Shown: positions 48,501-60,040, numbered from the whole stretch's first letter. The stretch: 63,411 bases of DNA, filler included, from Folioceros fuciformis (GCA_049999805.1; 7 parts of 7 records of this genome joined end to end with filler, not necessarily neighbours in it); one strand, 5' to 3'. Notes: generated from the sequence alone by a model not told the origin. Program-made: numbers and translations.

Positions 48501-49614
48501 CAGGCAATGGTCTCCACCTCAAGTACTGAGGCCGAGTACAAAGCATTGACAGTTGCAGCAAAGGAAATTATTTGGATGAGAAGGAACTTATCTGATGTTG
48601 GGACAGCTCAGGAAGATGCAACAGTGGTGTACTGCGATAACCAAGGCACAATTGCGCTCACCAAGAACCCGGTATTCCACTCAAAAACGAAACACATAGA
48701 GATCCATCACCACTTTATAAGAGAAGTAGTGGCAGATGGACAGATTGTGGTGACCTACATCTCAACAGCTGAGAACCCAGCCGACCTGCTGACTAAGGCC
48801 TTGTCCAAAGAGCTGCATATCAAACATGCAAGAAGACTAGGCCTGACTGCCTGTGATTTCTGAACACACAAGAAGGCTGCAAGCTGCTGGACATCAGTCA
48901 CTCAGCGGAGCTTCAGCAGAATAAAAGTTGCGGCTTACTCCCGGACATGACTCAGTATCGATCCCAATTCGTAGCAAGTAGTATCCAGTCTTCTTGCAGA
49001 TGAAGGACGGCAGTGCCCAATTGGTGCCCTTGCAGACCAGAACGCATCCGTGTGCAGTGCCTGTAGGCAAGAGGCATCGTTGAGTCAAGCTTAACAGCTG
49101 TGAAGTCGAGAAAGAGAGGGTGGCCTCAGCCTTGATTGTCTCTGAGAGCAACGCAATAGTGGCCGAGTGTGGCGGCGGGCAGTCCTGTTGGAGAGCAGCA
49201 CTTCGGGCGATTTTGAGCTCGGAGGTAAGCAGATCAATTCTCACGAGAACGTAGGCGAGGACGAAGATCAGCCATTCCAGCAGCCGCCGGAGGAAGGACA
49301 GAAGTCAGATTAGGGCTAAGCTCAAGTGGGGGTGTTGGGATGGTGTTCGCTTATCCCTTAAATAGGACATAAAATAAGGGTTAGATATATATTTATTTAT
49401 TATTTATTTTAGGGCTCCGATGACGGTTAATCGTTAGTAACTGTCGTGTCATGTGAACTACATGTGAACGCCGTTTCACAACTCACTTCTTCACTTTTGC
49501 TTTCTCGCGTGCATATGCTTCTAGTGCGCTTGTGCGCCTACTTGCTGTTCATAAACGACATGTTCTTCTCATTCACCAAACCACAAGGGACACACATCCA
49601 TTGCCCTCACAACA
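45160..49614 (+). mobile_element. Copia element B: 5'-truncated ORF0, gag (with stops), pol to 48863, 3' spacer, PPT 49324-49332, 3' LTR 49333-49614
   Basis: FKEKDRL..YDI*VMRM gag start, CNWCGIPGHWARDC, RT LYVDD, RNaseH FCDSDWA/STEAEY/YCDN/ADLLTK, AAGTGGGGG PPT, and LTR termini TGTTGGGA...TCACAACA. Confidence 0.93.
48894..49304 (-). CDS. Copia B antisense accessory ORF, small protein with N-terminal hydrophobic helix (no in-frame ATG; CTG at 49301)
   Basis: The open frame extends 20 codons upstream of the tracked GTG, reading LSFLRRLLEWLIFVLAYVLVRIDLL..., and fills the pol-PPT spacer. Confidence 0.45.
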   Translation of the reverse strand, partial: LLSFLRRLLEWLIFVLAYVLVRIDLLTSELKIARSAALQQDCPPPHSATIALLSETIKAEATLSFSTSQLLSLTQRCLLPTGTAHGCVLVCKGTNWALPSFICKKTGYYLLRIGIDTESCPGVSRNFYSAEAPLSD

Positions 49615-50008
49615 GCGTGCTCCATGTATGGCTTCGAAGACGATCACCGGCTTGGTGCCCCCCTTGCCCACGTGGAGGAGGGGTGACCTTTTAGGGTTTC
49701 CATTGGGCGATCACACTTGCTAATTTCTAGTATTTCTGTAGCTCATGTTTCTACCACGAATGTTTCCGAACACTAATTTGAAGCAAGCAAAGCCAGGTAC
49801 CACGTGATGAATCAATTAGGCGAACAAACAGCAGAGATTACTTGCCACTGCTAAATTACGTTAGTCGTCATGTTCGGACATGGTTATTGGGACCGTCCCG
49901 CANNNNNNNNNNNNNNNNNNNNNNNNNNNNNNNNNNNNNNNNNNNNTTAATTAATTAANNNNNNNNNNNNNNNNNNNNNNNNNNNNNNNNNNNNNNNNNN
50001 NNTGTGTG

Positions 50009-50467
50009 CTACAGGCGCAACTGCTTCAAGCCTGCCATCTCCGCCGTCACCTCAGGGCACCTCCAAAAGGGAGCGTACCTGAAGACAAGGTTACCTTCAT
50101 CATCGCACCCAGCAGCATCTAAAATCATTGCCAGACCAGGACATGGCGACAGCTTGCGGAAGCTCTCCTCAGACGCAGGAGACAACCCCTTGAGCTGCCG
50201 CAACTCAGCATGCTACAATCTCAACTTTTGGCGCAGCAGTTCCTCCCTGCTTAGCTTGCTCAACCTGCATGACTTCTGGGGCACTGAACTCTTCTCGGAA
50301 TATTGTCTCTGCTCCCAGGAGGCAACGCAGATTAGCAGCACAAGCAGGAGCAAGAGGGCAAAGTTGCCGTCCAAGTGGGAAACTCCTTCAACACTCAGCA
50401 TAGTTGCGCTCAGTTCTGCAGACAGAGCGTATGCGGAAGCCGAAGACTGCCGGAGTTTACGGCGCAT
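50009..50467 (-). pseudogene. Copia C-family antisense accessory ORF with TM helix, one internal TAG at 50213-50215
   Basis: ORFs 50213-50479 and 50009-50203 are in one frame. MLSVEGVSHLDGNFALLLLLVLLICVASWEQRQ... lies immediately 5' of the PPT. Confidence 0.5.
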
Positions 50468-51292
50468 GCGAGAGTTCACAACGGCGGGAATGCAGACTAA
50501 GTGGGGGTGGCGTAAAACGGTGCCCTAGTCTAGCCTGCTTCCCACGTTAAGTAGAGTTTAGGTTATGGCATATGCGCTTAGATACAAACGGGCACATACC
50601 GTGCCCTAATGAAACGCTACCCGTCAACCGTTGTACAGCTTCACGGGACACGGCCTTAAAAGGCCTCACACACATGCATATCGTATTATTAATCTATGCT
50701 GATTTCCTCCCTACGCTAAGTCCTTTGATCCTACGCTATGGTATCAGAGCAGGCCTATGGATTCCGCCAAGTCTCCTACTAGCGTCTGTGAGATCTGCAA
50801 GTCAGAGTGTTGTATCAGATACTTGTCTCATGAACAATTTCGAGCGGCCATAGCAGCACTCAGAGTTGCACTCACCCGGTTTGGAAACATGGCGGAAGCT
50901 TTCTTGGCGGAGGCCGTCAACCACTATTATTCATAGTGCTTGCGTATCTCCTGTCGAGTAGCACCTGATGGATCCGCGTACACTGGTGGGTCGTTTGCAA
51001 TTTCTTGCACAGTTTACTCGTCCTGACCTTGCCCCTCTTCTACACAGGTTAGATAAGCACAGTCAGTCTTACTCACTACCCACTCAGTCTGCACATCAAT
51101 CATAGGCGCTTAGGACGCAGTCTTTGGCAGGAAAGAAGCTAGCATAGGAGCACCAGGTTATGTACACGCATAGCCCAGTGTCTTTCCTCACACTTGGTTA
51201 CGGGTGCACATATTCTGGTGCCCCTGCTCACACAAAAGGTCAGTCTTCAATCTTGCATAAGAATGTCAATTACTACACCTCTGTTCTAAACA

Positions 51293-51907
51293 ATGCTTCG
51301 CAATGGTCGCACAAAGCGCATCTTCAACCCACAAAGACCACTAGCTTCTCCCTTTAGGAGTAGCGTAGACCAACAGTCCCTCTTTTCCAGCCTTGCCCAG
51401 CAGGACACTTCTGGCTGCACTTACCAAGCTGTGGATTCTTGCAACACCTGTGGAAGAAGTGCGCACCGGCGCCCATCTGCGAGCGCATATGAGGCCGCGA
51501 CTGGTCTGGCAGAATCGGTGCTGAGGATTGTCCGCGACCTGGTTGCCCAGGAGCGCCACCACACGCATGCGATCTTGTGTGACTTCCGCCGTATGCGTGA
51601 AGTTCAACAAGAGTACCTCAGGAACCAGATTGATGATATCAACTGCTATTGCAAGCATTTGTCTAAGGACCTGAACTTGCTCTTTACGCGGGTTGCGCAT
51701 TTGGAAAGCGCTGCAAAACAACCAAACTCAAATTTTAGAACTGCTGAGACACAAGAGCCTACACCGCAGGACGACGTTATCTCTGAAGTTGCTGCATTTC
51801 TAACTGACATGTCACTTGAGGCAAAATCAAGGAAGATGGTGTTCGAGTATGAAGGCACCTTGGGATTCAAGCCTAGCAGGGAGACCACCTCGCAGGATTC
51901 CTGCTAG
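51293..51907 (+). CDS. Copia C accessory ORF0 (204 aa, coiled coil), in frame with gag across one TAG
   Basis: ATG-initiated ORF between PBS and gag, with heptads LRNQIDDINCYCKHLSKDLNLLFTRVAHLE. Confidence 0.55.
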   Translation: MLRNGRTKRIFNPQRPLASPFRSSVDQQSLFSSLAQQDTSGCTYQAVDSCNTCGRSAHRRPSASAYEAATGLAESVLRIVRDLVAQERHHTHAILCDFRRMREVQQEYLRNQIDDINCYCKHLSKDLNLLFTRVAHLESAAKQPNSNFRTAETQEPTPQDDVISEVAAFLTDMSLEAKSRKMVFEYEGTLGFKPSRETTSQDSC

Positions 51908-54900
51908 ATTCGGAGCGAATCTTCGAGCCCGAGATCCGAAACGTCGCCAGAAAGACCCGGATCAGAAGTGACATCTGAAACGTCACCTCCCTCTGGATTT
52001 GAAAACGTATCCGAAGGGTTTGTGACATCTAGATCTGAAGAGGTGCACCGGCAACCCGTCCTTCCAGAGCATCCTTTCGATTTCTCTGAAGACTATGCCC
52101 TTCCAGATCCTCCACCAAGCTCCTCAAATACTGTTGGCACGCTAGCTTCTGGTGTCACTTTTCCTCTGCCACCTTCTCCCAACAGTGTTGCCTCTACCCC
52201 AAGGTCTTCACATTGCTCACACAGCTCACGTAGTTCCTCTTCCTTGTCTCTTGATCGCCTATTTGACCTTAGTCAAACACAGTTTAGTCAGTACACCGTC
52301 ATGGGAACTAATCCTCCTGCAAATGTTACTATCAATAATTTTAAGTACGACTTTAAGGATAGGGATAGGTTCAGTGGTCAACACTTTGATATCTGGATGA
52401 TCCGAGTTTGCACTATCCTTCAAGAACAAGAACTTTGGGATTATGTCACTGGAACTACTCCAAGACCTGCCACACTTGCAACAGGTGCAACAGCTGCAAT
52501 CATAGCTGATCAGCACGCCTGGAAACTTAAAGACCTGCGTGCCCAAAATGTAATTCAGTCCGCATTGGACTTAAGCATGATGTCTCATGCTCGGGAAGCA
52601 ACGAGCTCCAAGGCAATCTGGGATTCTCTCTGCCAAGTACATCAGAAAAAGAGTGTTACCTCTTTGGTACATGCCACACGTGACTTCTACAACTGTCGAA
52701 TGCGTGATGGTGACACTGTGGAGAATCATGTCAGCCGGTTCAGAATGCTGCGTACCAAGCTCATCACTGCAGGCGCTACTGTTTCTGAGCTTGATGCAGC
52801 AGTAGCTTTGCTGATGTCCCTTCCAGAAAAATACCAAAGCTTTGTGAGTACTCAAAACCAGCACATTACGACTGCCCAAGCTGCAGCAGTTGCTGGTACA
52901 CCGTCACCAATTACTCTTTCCGATATTATTGGTGCTCTACTGAATGAGGAGGCAACTCACCTNNNNNNNNNNTGCCAAGTCAATGTTACATCTTGCTCGT
53001 CTTCCTCGCAGCTTTTGGGCTGAAGCCGTTGCCACAGCTGTTTATGTACAGAATCGGCTCCCCACTCGTGCCTTTGCCTACTCCACCCCTTTTGAGAGAT
53101 GGACTGGCGTCAAGCCTCGGGTGGACCACTTACGTATATGGGGCTGTCCAGCTTATGTGCATACACCTGATGAAGTCCGGCGCAAGATGGACTTCAAGGC
53201 CACTAAGCATCTGTTCATCGACTACACAGAAGGCATCAAGGGTTATAAGCTTTATGATCCTTTACGACGTCGCTTCTTGCATGCCAGAAATGTAGTATTT
53301 GATGAGCAGTTCTTACTACAAGCTGCAGTCAAGGCTAGAGACGTACGTGGATTAAACCGCCTAACGTCTACCAGCCAAGATGCATCTGCAGCTGAGCTGT
53401 CTACTCATGAGGAGCACTCGGTTTCCTCACAGCCAGTGACTACCTCACAGCAAACGTCACCTCCAAATGCCTCATCTCAATCTCCAGATACATTTCCTGA
53501 AGATGAGCCTGACCTCACAGTTGATGACTCAAACTCGGAGGCAAGTGATCACTCACATGAGGCTCAGCTGGAGAATGATGATGATGATCTGGTCGATGAT
53601 AGTCCTATGTCTCATCCTTCACAAGAAGCCGTAGGTAATGAGCATGAGAACACATCTGGAGATGCTGAACATCCAGTTAATGAGCCACCAGCACCTAGGA
53701 GATCTGGTAGAAGTCATACCTCAGATCCAAGTCAGTGGACTCATAAACCCTTAAGTTATGAACTAGATGAGCAATTTCAGCAACAGCAAGCTAGTCTCAC
53801 TGACAACTCAGATAGTTCCTTACCTCACAAGTCGAGCACACCACACAGCTACATTGCCCAGGCCTTACTAGCGGCATAAGACCTTGGAGAGCCCGCTACT
53901 CTGAAAGAAGCATTGTCGTTTCCTGAAGGCAAGTTTTGGCAAGCCGGAGTTGACTCGGAGTACCAGTCTCTAATTGACAACCAAACTTGGGAGCTGGTCG
54001 ATCTGCCTCCAGGCCGCAAGGCACTTACTGGAAAATGGGTTTTCAAGAAGAAGCTTAATCCAGATGGAAGTGTGGCCAGGTATAAGGCCAGATATGTTGT
54101 ACACGGATATAAGCAAGTTGAGGGACTTGACTTTAATGAGACATTCTCACCTGTTGTACGAACTTCCTCTGTAAGAATGTTGTTTGCTCTGGCTGCGGAA
54201 TGCAAGTTGGATATCCAGCAAATGGACGTCAAAACTGCTTTCCTTCACGGTGCAATAGACGAAGAGATGTATATCACTCAGCCGGAAGGATATGTTAATG
54301 AGAAAGAACTACATAAGGTATGTAAGCTCAAGAAAAGCTTGTGCGGCCTAAAGCAAGCACCAAGAGTATGGTACAAGAAGATTCATGCTTACCTGATTCA
54401 GTCTGGATTCATTCAGAGTGATGCTGATACAAACGTCTATATCCTAAGACAAGGGCAGATTTTTGCAGTCCTAGCCCTGTATGTAGATGATGCATTGATA
54501 TTTGCTAACTCTCCTAAAATAATGAAGAAGGTCAAGTCCATCCTCACTGCCGAATTCTCCATGACAGACTTAGGTCAGCTTACCTTTTTCCTAGGCATAC
54601 AGATCTATATTAGTCCAGACAAAGGTACTATATTCTGTCATCAAGCACATTACATACGACAGATGCTAGAGAGGTTTCTTATGGTAGATTGCAAACCTGC
54701 AATTACTCCCATGGCTGTGGGTGAAAAGTTCTCCATCGAGCAAAGCCCAAAGACAGAAGCTGAGAAGCAGGAAATGGCCAAGAAACCTTACAGCATGCTA
54801 ACTGGATGCCTTATCTGGATCAGTGGGTGGACACGACCTGATGTGTCTCCAGCAACGCGAATATTCTCCAGATTCCTTGCTAACCCTGGCAATGTCCACT

Positions 54901-55257
54901 GGACAGGGGTCAAGAGAGTGTTGCGCTACCTGAAAGGCACACAGTATCTTGGAATCAGATATAAGTCACAAGGCAAGTTCCCTCTTCTTATATGCTATTC
55001 TGATTCCGACTGGGCTAGTGACGAGGACTCCAGACAATCGATCACTGCCAACTGTACAATTCTTTTTGGAGGTGCAATCAACTGGACATCAAAGAAACAA
55101 ACAGTGGTAGCACTCTCCAGTACTGAAGCAGAGTATACAGCCGCAACTTCTGCTGCANNNNNNNNNNNNNNNNNNNNNNNNNNNNNNNNNNNNNNNNNNN
55201 NTTAATTAATTAANNNNNNNNNNNNNNNNNNNNNNNNNNNNNNNNNNNNNNNNNNNN

Positions 55258-58200
55258 CCTGGAGGCTGCTGCATATATATCTCTGTGTCTAATTTCCCAT
55301 GTAGGAATGCTGTTTTAATTTCAAACATATCTAACTCATAGTCTTTGTGGGCTGCAACAGCACAGAGGATACGAAAAGTTGCCATCTTCACAACTGGAGC
55401 GAAGGTTTCCAGGTAATCTAGTCCTGGTACTTGTGAAAATCCTCGGGCTACGAGTCTAGCTTTATACCTGTCAAAGGTACCATCAGCTTTCACTTTGAGT
55501 TTGAAAACCCATTTACATGAGACCATTTTACGGCCTGGAGGTAACTTGGCTAGCTCCCAAGTTCCATTTTTAATCAAAGAGTCATATTCTGACTGTATGG
55601 CCTTTTTCCATTCAGCAGCATCAGGTCGACTAAGTGCCTCCTCATATGACTGTGGCTCTATAGGATCCAGCAATACAGAGGTGACATGTGCTGTCCGAAA
55701 ATCATGTGACTGATAAAAATCTGGAGGATGTCTTTCACGCTGTGGGTAGCGTCGTTCAGGTTGAGCAGCAGGGAGTGCTGGCTGCAGAGGTGCCGAGTTG
55801 TCATGAGCTACCTGGTCAGCATCACCAGCTTCAACTTCAGCTACTGCGTCCTCCACATCTGAGTCCACATCAAGAGGTAAAGGATCGAGAGGATGTGGCT
55901 GCTGTATTGGATCAACAGCATCCCCAAAAACTAGTACAACGCGTGCCATGTCAGGTTCAAAATCAGGTGCTGGTGGATCCTCTTGTTCCCCACCTGCAGG
56001 AGCAACATCCTCAGGAAGATCCTCAAAGTATGATACATCCTGTTCAAGATGTTCCCAACTGTCATCCTCGAGAGCATAATTGTCTGAAGCTCCCACTGGC
56101 CAGAAACGATTTTCATCAAAGGTAACGCTCCTGGAGTAGATGACATGATTGGCTGGCACATCATATAGCTTATATGCCTTGATGCCTTCAGTGTAACCTA
56201 ACATCAGCAATTTCTGGGCTTTGTTAAACAGCTTCTTGCGCTTCTCCCTGGGGACGAAGGCATACGCAACACAACCAAAAGTCCTCAAATGCAGGATCTT
56301 GGGCTTGTGTCCATAGAAGGCTTCATAGGGAGTCATCCCTTCAACAGCACTAGTAGGCAACCTGTTCCTTAGGTAGACAGAGGTTGTAAGGGCTTCTGCC
56401 CAGTAGGACAGGGGGAGGTGAGCATGATTCAGCAAGGAAGATGTCATCTCCTGCAGAGTAAAATTCATATGCTCAGCCACCCCGTTCTGTTGAGGTGTGT
56501 AAACAACTGTAAGCTGCCTGGCAATTCCTTCATCTGTACAGAAGGTCTGAAAGTCATGTGAGGTAAATTCCCCACCGTTATCTGAACGCAGGGTTTTCAG
56601 CTGCTTCCCTGTCCAGCGTTCTGCAAACTTCAAGTAAGCTTTGAAATGTGAAAAGCATTCACTCTTGGCCTTGAGGATATAGGCACTAACAAAACGGGTT
56701 TTGTCGTCTGTAAAGGTAAGGAAGTATCTCCCACCACCGAGAGAAGGCTTTGACAAGGGGCCACATAAGTCTGTGTGCACCAACTCCAAGACTTCAGATG
56801 CCCTATGAGGAGCTTTATTTCTGAAAGCTGCTTGATGGCGCTTAGCAAGAACACAAGGTTCACAAAGAGGTAAAGGCACTAATTTGCCTATAGGGCCATC
56901 TGCATAGAGATCACTTACGGCTATCTTCTGTAACTTGCTGCTGTGTGCGTGACCTAATCTAGCATGCCACAACTTAGATTTGGCTATCTGTTGTGTAGAG
57001 GCTTGGGAGTCCTCATGTGTCAGATGGGACTGAACTGCACCTCTGGAGCTGTGAAGACGAAACAGGTCATGTTCTGAAGACCCATAAGCTAAAACCTTGC
57101 TAGGATTAAAAGCATCTATCACCTTACACTCTGTATGTGTGAAAAGTATGTGACTGTTATTGTCTATGTTCAGTCGCCTAACGGAGATGAGATTTCGTGT
57201 CATCTCAGGTACATAATACACGTCTAAGAGTGACAAGATAACTCCAGATGGCACAGGCAGCTGTACTGTTCCTATGCCTGGAGAGACAAGTGATCTATTA
57301 TCACCAAGATAGACGAATTGGTCCTTTACTGACCTGTAAGTCTGAAATGCGTTTCTATCAAAACACATGTGAGCAGTGGCACCTGTGTCTAAGTACCACT
57401 CTGTAAATTGTTTAGCACTTGTTTTTGCTGACAGACATGTGGGTGCAGGGACAGAGTTTAGATACTGCCCTGTCTCAACCATAAGGGCTGATGGCGATGG
57501 CTGCTTCTTGACCACAATGTTGGTCTCAGCGTTTCCCTCCTTGCGAGGTAAGCCAGCTTGCTTTTTTCTGCATTCTCGTTCCCAGTGTCCAGGGATTTTG
57601 CACCAATTGCACACCCCTGGTTTCTTACTCTTCTTCTGCGCAGACTGTGTTGAGTGGCCTCCTTGCGAGCCACCACCTCGGGATGAACTAGATCCACCGC
57701 CTCTGGAGTATGGCCTTGCGCCACCTCGCCCACGGTTGGATGTAAACAGCGCTTGCTGCTTGCCAGCACGCCTGCCTAGTCCTCCTCTGGTCGCCTCCTC
57801 TTCTAGGAGGGACCCAACAAGCTCTGCGAATGTTAATTCTGGTACCTTAAGACCAGCTGACTTAGCTAGCTTGGCTACCTGCAACTGGGATGCATGAATG
57901 GATGTCACAAAGTGTGACCAGGATGGGGGTAAGGATAGCAACAAATAGAGTGTTAGCATCTCGTCCTTAATTGTCTCGCCAGTAGCATTTTCTAGCTTTG
58001 AGACTAATGTTCTGAATGTCATGACATGTTTTTCTACAGATTCTCCTTCACGCATCTTGCATTGCTGAAGGTTGCTAAGGGCTGACAACTGATTTGCGGA
58101 GTTCTTTCCAGCATACAATTCTTCAAGACGACCCCAGATCTCTTCTGCTGTCTTACAGCCAGCAGTTTGTCGCATCATATCTGCTGTGAGGCCGCTCCTG

Positions 58201-59762
58201 ATGAGGTACATGGCAAACTCATTTCTGAGTTGTCGTGCCTCCCTTTGCTGTGAAGTTTCTCCTTCTTCTGGCAAGTCTGACCCTGTTGTGGTGTTCCAGA
58301 GTTTTCTGCTCTGGAGTGCGCCTTTCATGCGCATTACCCATATGTCATACTGACGACCGTCGAATCTGTCTTTTTCTTTAAAGCTTTCTCCTCCTCCAAC
58401 AACTGATGAGGAAGCTGTGTCTCCCATTGCGGGAGGTATACAGAGGTGATGAGGCTACTGGCTACTACCAAGGACAGATCTACAGGAGGGCAGCTAGCAT
58501 GTTGACAGGTCTGATAACCTCATGTAAGCTAGCTGATTGTTGTGCCTCCTTTTCTGCTATCTGTTCCTTCCTAATTGTGAACCTACTGTATGTGTAGGTT
58601 GCACATGATGGACAGGAGTTAGGATCATCAAAACGCTGATTTCCACTAGTGCACTTAATTGATCTTGTTGCAAAAGTGCGAGATTCAGGGTTTTGAGCAA
58701 CTCAGGTTTCACCAAAACATGGATTTTGTAATCCAAGTGGTAAAGTTGCTCCCTCAGATCCTGTAAGTCCACACTCACGCCTGCAATGCTTTTGTTCAGA
58801 TTTACGTAGCGCCTGTCAACAAACAGGGCATGTAATTCTATTCTGGAAATGATCTGTGAAACTGTGGCTGGTGGTGCAGGCTGAGTTGTTAGGAAACCAT
58901 TAGGGTTTCCATGCACGTCCAGGGCGGGTCTGAGGCGCGGCTCCAGATGATTGGCTTCTGCTGCCTGCTCACGGGGATCAACAAACAGTTGCTGGTAGTC
59001 AGGATAGAGGGTAGAAACCAAGAAATTGTAAGCCTCCCGCAGTCGAGTGCAGTGGGCAGGCCGGTCCTGATTTCTCAACGTCCACTCTTGTGTCTGCCGG
59101 TGCAGGCGTTCAGCAACATTTCTGTCATTTAAGGGTCCCCTGAGAGATCGACTGCGCAGGTTGATGCGCTCAGCAGGTCGAGGCTGCCACATCTGGCCCT
59201 CGTTCTGTGCCATCTGTGATGGCTTGTAATCTGGTTGTAAGAATGCTAATTTTATGCATTCTGTTCATTATTATTTCTCTATTTACATAGTAATTTGCAC
59301 TATCTAGCAGGTGTTCTAGTGTAGTTCTATCAGAATTGTTATTGAAAAACAATCTGAATAGAATTGCACTAGAATACAGCTACTAGATCTGCAAATTAAC
59401 AAATTGTAAATAAGCAAATAAAGAAACAACCAGAAAACTTAAGTTCTTGATTTTGTTTTTGGTTTCATTTCAAGAAAACATTCTTAAACATAAAACAGCC
59501 AAAAACGCATGTTTGTGCGCATCCTAAGGTGCACAATTTTATGTGCATTCTCTAGAATGCAACCTGCATCATCACAGCTCTGATACCATGACAATTTTAT
59601 AAGGATAATGCAGATTTTATTAAAAACATAAATTGATGATCGAGAAAAGAAGTTAAAATAAAATTGGGGTGTGTCTTTTCGCTGAGAGTCGTAACCCTAA
59701 TGAAGAGGTATTTAACTTAAACCATGTATAGACCTAAGATATATATGTTATCTAAATAGCTA
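55258..59762 (-). mobile_element. Copia element D: partial 5' LTR (59589-59762), PBS (59577-59588), ORF0 and uninterrupted gag-PR-IN-RT from ATG 58427
   Basis: TGGTATCAGAGC on the minus strand. Protein motifs FKEKDRFDGRQYDIWVMRM, CNWCKIPGHWEREC, WYLDTGATAHM, VHTDLCGP, RSDNGGEF and YKARLVARGF. Confidence 0.96.
58557..59213 (-). CDS. Copia D accessory ORF0 (218 aa, C-terminal coiled coil)
   Basis: ATG-initiated, between PBS and gag, and homologous by eye to ORF 45136-45555. Confidence 0.7.
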   Translation of the reverse strand: MAQNEGQMWQPRPAERINLRSRSLRGPLNDRNVAERLHRQTQEWTLRNQDRPAHCTRLREAYNFLVSTLYPDYQQLFVDPREQAAEANHLEPRLRPALDVHGNPNGFLTTQPAPPATVSQIISRIELHALFVDRRYVNLNKSIAGVSVDLQDLREQLYHLDYKIHVLVKPELLKTLNLALLQQDQLSALVEISVLMILTPVHHVQPTHTVGSQLGRNR

Positions 59763-60031
59763 NNNNNNNNNNNNNNNNNNNNNNNNNNNNNNNNNNNNNN
59801 NNNNNNTTAATTAATTAANNNNNNNNNNNNNNNNNNNNNNNNNNNNNNNNNNNNNNNNNNNNTGTTAAACATTAGAGAATCTCACACTACTCACCAAGTT
59901 GTGCATAAAGATTGTTCAATTAATATCAACAAAAGTGTTTATATACAAAAACCCTCCAAGAGTCACGTCTTTTGGGAATAACTAAACTGCTCTTAATAAG
60001 TCTGACAGCTGCTATCGTTTAAATGACGGGT

Positions 60032-60040
60032 AAACCCTAA
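60032..60040 (+). promoter_or_regulatory. Telo-box AAACCCTAA in LTR E, just upstream of the antisense ORF
   Basis: Exact telo-box about 60 bp upstream of ATG 60103; function is inferred. Confidence 0.4.

Larger units (their letters stand above)
50003..55157 (+). mobile_element. Copia element C: upstream 3' spacer, PPT (50499-50507), LTR (50508-50738), PBS (50739-50750), ORF0, gag and pol to RNaseH
   Basis: AAGTGGGGG, then TGGCGTA...TACGCTA, then TGGTATCAGAGC. Protein motifs FKDRDRFSGQHFDIW, FWAEAVATA, LYVDDALI, YSDSDWA and SSTEAEY. Confidence 0.93.

Noticed and set aside
50004-50528. Sense-strand 174-aa ORF in the 3' spacer as an env-like gene
   Set aside because: GTG start at the gap edge, no TM helix, runs through the PPT into the LTR, and has no convincing counterpart in B or E. 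The antisense frame is the consistent one.
59170-59352. Short ORF overlapping the ORF0 start in the leader of element D
   Set aside because: Only about 30 codons from its first ATG and no counterpart in element C; cannot be distinguished from chance.
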